From a virus, in IMG/VR virus record IMGVR_UViG_3300027586_000004, positions 30,844-94,843 of that record: 64,000 nucleotides of DNA; one strand, 5' to 3'. Each line of letters begins with the position of its first letter. Position 1 is the first letter of the stretch. The position numbers and the translations under genes were made by a program. The notes below the pieces were generated by a model. That model worked only from the letters and a program-made list of their open reading frames with translations. It searched no databases and was not told the origin of the DNA. This document shows, in pieces, positions 59,549 through 64,000 of this stretch.

Positions 59549-61624
59549 ATGAGCGACATGCTCAATAAAATCTCCGCAAAGTTCGACAAAGAAAATTTCA
59601 AGAAGCTTAACGAGGGCATGTCCTTCTCGGAGTACATCGACTTCGTGTACAAGAACCCGAGGCTCGCAAGAACTGCGTACCAGTACCTCTATGACATGAT
59701 CAGGAGCAAGGGAACATCCAAGGTGGAGAGGTATAGAAGGACTTACATCCGCTATAAGTTCTTTGACGACTCCGATACTCCCATCTTCGGCCTTGATGAG
59801 ACACTCCACCAGTTGGTTCAGTTCTTCAAGGGCGCCGCGGGTGGCTATGGCCCGGAACGCAGATTCCTGCTTCTACACGGCCCGGTGGGAAGTTCAAAGT
59901 CTACAATTCTGCGTTGCATAAAAAAGGGACTTGAGAAGTACTCTCTCACCGACGAAGGAGCCTGGTACACATTCAAATGGGTCAACCTTCCGACCGGCAA
60001 GGAGGACGGCATCTACACGCAGGCCGAGGATGAGTCTCCGATGCATGAGGATCCCCTCAAACTACTGCCTCCGGACATGCGCGCGGAAGTCGTAAAGGAG
60101 CTGAATGAAATCCTCGTGGGCATGACCCCCGAAAAGGACCGCACTTCCCTCTACAGGCTCTCGGTGGACGGCGAGCTTGACCCCCGTTCCAAGAAGTTCA
60201 TGCAGGAACTTCTGACCAAGTACGACGGCGATTGGGGCAAGGTGGTGGAGAACCACATCAGGGCGGTCAGAAAGGTTCACAGCGAGGCCGACAGGTGCGG
60301 CATAGCCACCTTCCAGCCGAAGGACGAGAAGAATCAGGATAGCACAGAGCTCACCGGCGATATTAATTGGGGTAAGTTGCCCCATTTTGGCACAGATTCG
60401 GATCCTAGGGCATTCAATTTTGATGGCGAATTTTGCGTGGGAAGCCGCGGCATCGTCGAATTCATTGAAGTTCTTAAACTTGCCAAGGAATTTCTCTACG
60501 ACCTTCTCGGAGCGTCACAGGAGAAGCAGATCAAGCCCAAGAAGTTCCCTCAAATCGCGGTGGACACCGTCCTCGTAGGTCATACCAACAGCCCGGAGTT
60601 CCTGAAGCTCAAAAGCGACCAGACCATGGAGGCTCTCAGGGACAGAACCGTCAAAATTGACGTGCCTTACCTCCTCCGCTGGAGCGACGAACTCAAGGTT
60701 CTTGAGAGCCAGTACTCCGGGGACAAGATCAAGCAGCACATCGCTCCACACACACTGGAAATAGCGGCCCTCTGGACGGTTCTCACGAGGCTCCAGGATG
60801 ACAAGGACGGCAAGATAAGCCTCGTGGAGAAGGCGAAGCTGTATGACGGCAAGAGCCTTCCGGGGTGGACCGAGGACAGCGTCAAGGAGATGAGGGACAA
60901 GTATCCGGACGAGGGGATGACCGGCGTCAGCTGCCGCTACACCCAGGACAAGATAAGCAACTGCCTCAGTTCCCACTACGACTACATCAATTTCTTCATG
61001 GTTCTCAATGAACTCAAGGCGGGCATAGACCACCAGTCACTCCTCAACAACCAAGAGGACAAGGCAAAGTACGTCGCTTGCATAGACCTCGCCAAGAAGG
61101 AACTCGACGAGATTCTCAAGACCGAGGTTCAGAAGGCCCTTGTGGGCGACGAGCATGCCATAGAGAGGCTGTGTGGCAACTACATTGACAATGTAATGGC
61201 CTACATCAACGGCACCAAGATCAAGAACCCCTTCACAGAACAGGACCAGGAGCCGGACGAGAGGCTCATGCGCTCCATAGAGGAAAAGATAGAAATCCCC
61301 GAGGTCGGGGCGGACGACTTCCGCAGGATGCTCGCGGGCTTCATCGGACACCTCGCCCATAGCGGCAAGCAGTTCAAGTGGGACTCAAACCCCCAGCTGA
61401 AGAAAGCCCTTGAGTCCAAGCTCTTCGAGGACACCAAGGATCACATCAAGCTATCCGCCCTCAACATCAAGGGCGCGACCGTGGTTGACAAGGAGATTCA
61501 AGAGAAGATCGACGCTGTGAAGAAGAGGCTCATAAGCCAGTATGGCTACAACGAGCAGAGCGCCACCGACGTACTAGAGTACATAAGCTCAATCTTCGCA
61601 CGCGGCGACGTGTCCGAGGATTAA
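59549..61624 (+). CDS. prkA: PrkA/YeaG AAA+ serine-kinase family protein
   Basis: LLHGPVGSSKST, MHEDPL, PKDEKNQDSTELTG, DPRAFNFDGE, IAPH. Confidence 0.95.
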   Translation: MSDMLNKISAKFDKENFKKLNEGMSFSEYIDFVYKNPRLARTAYQYLYDMIRSKGTSKVERYRRTYIRYKFFDDSDTPIFGLDETLHQLVQFFKGAAGGYGPERRFLLLHGPVGSSKSTILRCIKKGLEKYSLTDEGAWYTFKWVNLPTGKEDGIYTQAEDESPMHEDPLKLLPPDMRAEVVKELNEILVGMTPEKDRTSLYRLSVDGELDPRSKKFMQELLTKYDGDWGKVVENHIRAVRKVHSEADRCGIATFQPKDEKNQDSTELTGDINWGKLPHFGTDSDPRAFNFDGEFCVGSRGIVEFIEVLKLAKEFLYDLLGASQEKQIKPKKFPQIAVDTVLVGHTNSPEFLKLKSDQTMEALRDRTVKIDVPYLLRWSDELKVLESQYSGDKIKQHIAPHTLEIAALWTVLTRLQDDKDGKISLVEKAKLYDGKSLPGWTEDSVKEMRDKYPDEGMTGVSCRYTQDKISNCLSSHYDYINFFMVLNELKAGIDHQSLLNNQEDKAKYVACIDLAKKELDEILKTEVQKALVGDEHAIERLCGNYIDNVMAYINGTKIKNPFTEQDQEPDERLMRSIEEKIEIPEVGADDFRRMLAGFIGHLAHSGKQFKWDSNPQLKKALESKLFEDTKDHIKLSALNIKGATVVDKEIQEKIDAVKKRLISQYGYNEQSATDVLEYISSIFARGDVSED

Positions 61625-61636
61625 TCTGGAGGAATC

Positions 61637-62830
61637 GTGCCCCGCAGGATTGACTCTGACCACAAAGACTTCCAAGACGTCTATGGCGGCATACGGCGCA
61701 AGGAACTCAAGAAGTACATCAAGAACGGCACGATCTTCCGCAGCAGGGGCAAGAACGGGAAGATCGTCGTCACCATCCCCAAGATAGACATACCCCACAT
61801 CGTCTACGGCGACAGCGACGACGGCGTGGGAAGGGGCAAGGCAGAGAAGGGGGACGTCATAGGAAAAGACCCCCAGAAGGGCGACGGCAAGGGCAAGGCC
61901 GGTCAGGACGCCGGCGACGGCATGGATATAGCGGTTGATCTCGAGGAAGTTCTCAAGTTCATGCAGGAGGAACTGGAACTTCCCGACATGAAGCCCAAGC
62001 CCGGCGACACCTACGATCAGGTAATCAAAAAGTACAACAACATATCCCTTGTCGGTCCGGAAAGCCTGCGACACAACGTCAGGACGCTGAAACAAGCCCT
62101 GAAAAGGCAGTGTTCGGACGGATCAATACACAAGCTCCATCAGATACCCGGATTTGCAAACCCGGTCAGGCTTATAACCCCCATAAACAGTGACAAGCGA
62201 TACAGGCAGTTCAGCGAGATAAAACTGCCATCCAGCAACGCGGTCATATTCTTCGCCCGTGACGGCTCCGGGAGCATGGATCAGTACAAGTGCGACATCG
62301 TCAGCGACATGAGCTGGTGGATAGACACCTGGATCAGGAAGTTCTACGACAAGGTTGAGCGGGTGTATGTCTGGCACGATACCGTCGCCAAGGAAGTGGA
62401 CGAGAAGAAATTCTATAAGTACAGGTACGGCGGAGGCACCACCTGCTCCACCGCACTGAAACTCATCTCAAAGATGTTCGAGAACAGGTACAACCCAATC
62501 AAGTGGAACATCTACCTCTTCTACTTCACCGACGGCGAGAACTGGGACAACGACAACGAGGTGTTCTGCGACGTGCTTGAGAAGGAGTTCGGCGGCAATG
62601 TCGTCAACATGGTCGGCATCACACAGATACTCCCGTGGCAGTCTGAAAACAGCCTGAAACAGTATGTCGATGACAAGTGCGGAAACAAAAACATGAGGAC
62701 TACGCAGATCGGATCGTCCTCAAGGCAGATGTCCGATGAGGAAAGAGACGCCCAGATAAAGAACTCTATAATAGAACTGCTTGGAAGGGGATCAAAGAAG
62801 GAGAACTACTGGGCTAACGCGCTTGGTTGA
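61637..62830 (+). CDS. yeaH: YeaH/YhbH (DUF444) vWA-domain protein
   Basis: DGSGSM MIDAS, GGT..S, WNIY.F..TDGENW. Confidence 0.93.
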   Translation: MPRRIDSDHKDFQDVYGGIRRKELKKYIKNGTIFRSRGKNGKIVVTIPKIDIPHIVYGDSDDGVGRGKAEKGDVIGKDPQKGDGKGKAGQDAGDGMDIAVDLEEVLKFMQEELELPDMKPKPGDTYDQVIKKYNNISLVGPESLRHNVRTLKQALKRQCSDGSIHKLHQIPGFANPVRLITPINSDKRYRQFSEIKLPSSNAVIFFARDGSGSMDQYKCDIVSDMSWWIDTWIRKFYDKVERVYVWHDTVAKEVDEKKFYKYRYGGGTTCSTALKLISKMFENRYNPIKWNIYLFYFTDGENWDNDNEVFCDVLEKEFGGNVVNMVGITQILPWQSENSLKQYVDDKCGNKNMRTTQIGSSSRQMSDEERDAQIKNSIIELLGRGSKKENYWANALG

Positions 62831-62832
62831 AT

Positions 62833-64000
62833 ATGAACCAGAACAAATTCATGCTGGGTTCGCCCGTACTTATGGGCGACAAGACCATTCCGGGCGTGCC
62901 GATGCCCGAGGACCTCAAGAGGCTCCTTCCCGAGATATTCAGGAAGGTGAGCGAGTTCGGCTGCGACTTCCCGCCCACGGTCGTGGAGATGCTCACCTAC
63001 GACGAGATTAGCGAGATCGCGGCCTACGGGGGCTTTCCGGTCCGCTATCCGCACTGGAAGTGGGGCATGGAGTACGAGGAGCTCCAGCGCGGATATATGC
63101 ATGGGATGCATCGGATATATGAAATGGTCGTGAACACAAATCCTTGCTACCTGTATTGCCTTGATTCAAATACGCTTCTTGACAACGTGACCGTCGTCGC
63201 CCACGCCCTCGGCCACGCGGACTTCTTCAAGAACAACATCTACTTCGCCCAGACAAGCCAGAACATGATGAATGAGCTGGCGAACCACGGCACGAGGATC
63301 CGGCGGTACATGAGCCGGTGGGGCAAAGAGAGGGTCACGGAGTTCATAGACCACGTACTTCGGATAGAGACCCTCATAGACCCCTCCAAGGCCTGGGAGC
63401 CCAAGAGATACAAGAACAATATCCCGAGGGACGACAGGAAGCACAGGCATCCCGACCGCCTCAAGGTGGATGAGGGACGCGACTACATGGATGGATACCT
63501 CAACACCGAAGAGTGGATGCGCGAGCAGCATAAGAAGATAGATAAGATGGAGGCGGCGGAATACCTTGACCTCTTCGTCGGCTCCACGAAGGACATCATG
63601 GGGTTCATCAGGGATAACGCCCCTCTGAAGACCTGGGAGAGCGACATCGTCTCAATGATCTACGAGGAGAGCATGTACTTCGCGCCGCAAAGAATGACTA
63701 AGGTAGTGAATGAGGGACATGCCAGCTGGGTTGACTACCACATAATCGCAAGACAGGGTCTCGCCGGCCTCGGACAGGAGTCTGACAGTTCAGGGATCAT
63801 AGAGTACGCGAAGCACAAGATGGGCGTTCTGGGAGGCAAGTACTCAATGAATCCCTACAAGCTCGGATTCAGCTTGTTATGCGACATAGAGGAGCGGTGG
63901 GACAAGGGTCAGTTCGGCAGTGAGTGGGAGTACTGCGAAAATATAAAGGAGAAGGAGAACTGGGACAAGAAGCTCGGACTTGGCAAGGAGAAGGTCTTTG
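62833..64000 (+). CDS. spoVR: SpoVR/YcgB family protein, runs off window
   Basis: Manual translation: AAYGGFPVRYPHWKWG, IYEMVVNTNPC, AHALGHADFFKNN, TKVVNEGHAS, NPYKLG. Confidence 0.95.
   Translation, partial: MNQNKFMLGSPVLMGDKTIPGVPMPEDLKRLLPEIFRKVSEFGCDFPPTVVEMLTYDEISEIAAYGGFPVRYPHWKWGMEYEELQRGYMHGMHRIYEMVVNTNPCYLYCLDSNTLLDNVTVVAHALGHADFFKNNIYFAQTSQNMMNELANHGTRIRRYMSRWGKERVTEFIDHVLRIETLIDPSKAWEPKRYKNNIPRDDRKHRHPDRLKVDEGRDYMDGYLNTEEWMREQHKKIDKMEAAEYLDLFVGSTKDIMGFIRDNAPLKTWESDIVSMIYEESMYFAPQRMTKVVNEGHASWVDYHIIARQGLAGLGQESDSSGIIEYAKHKMGVLGGKYSMNPYKLGFSLLCDIEERWDKGQFGSEWEYCENIKEKENWDKKLGLGKEKVF

Noticed and set aside
59615-59645. MSFSEYID in PrkA resembling the capsid-targeting tag
   Set aside because: A similar F.EY/DYL segment is part of cellular PrkA N-termini, so it is not evidence of tagging
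59549-64000. Assigning the host phylum from prkA/spoVR
   Set aside because: Cannot be supported without phylogeny; these genes occur in many phyla

Overview
64 kb of a large T4-like (jumbo-type) tailed-phage genome; the host cannot be determined from sequence. A GC-richer core carries replication, recombination and nucleotide genes: intein-containing nrdA, nrdB, SbcCD/gp46-47, UvsW, a small family-A DNA polymerase, gp41/DnaB helicase, UvsY, gp32 SSB, UvsX/RecA, a Hel308/Ski2-type helicase, guaC, thyX, dNMP kinase and an HhH glycosylase. AT-rich islands of glycosyltransferases, methyltransferases and sugar-nucleotide enzymes interrupt the core. There is also a BspA/DUF285 adhesin, a Cys/Ser-rich mucin-like protein and a prkA-yeaH-spoVR operon at the right end. 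The most notable hidden patterns are five. (1) At least nine unrelated proteins share an N-terminal M-x-F-x-[EQDH]-[YWF]-[LIM]-x-E peptide resembling the T4 capsid-targeting sequence. (2) Most of these genes, or their operon heads, sit 4-8 nt behind a TA[T/G]ATA box, and a region-4-less sigma-like gene is present. (3) A ~360-nt multi-hairpin non-coding element lies beside a thumb-less PolA. (4) A 97-nt plus ~180-nt repeat pair frames swapped gene cargo. (5) The glycosylation machinery co-occurs with Ser/Thr-rich candidate acceptor proteins. All calls come from motif recognition by eye; no database search was run.
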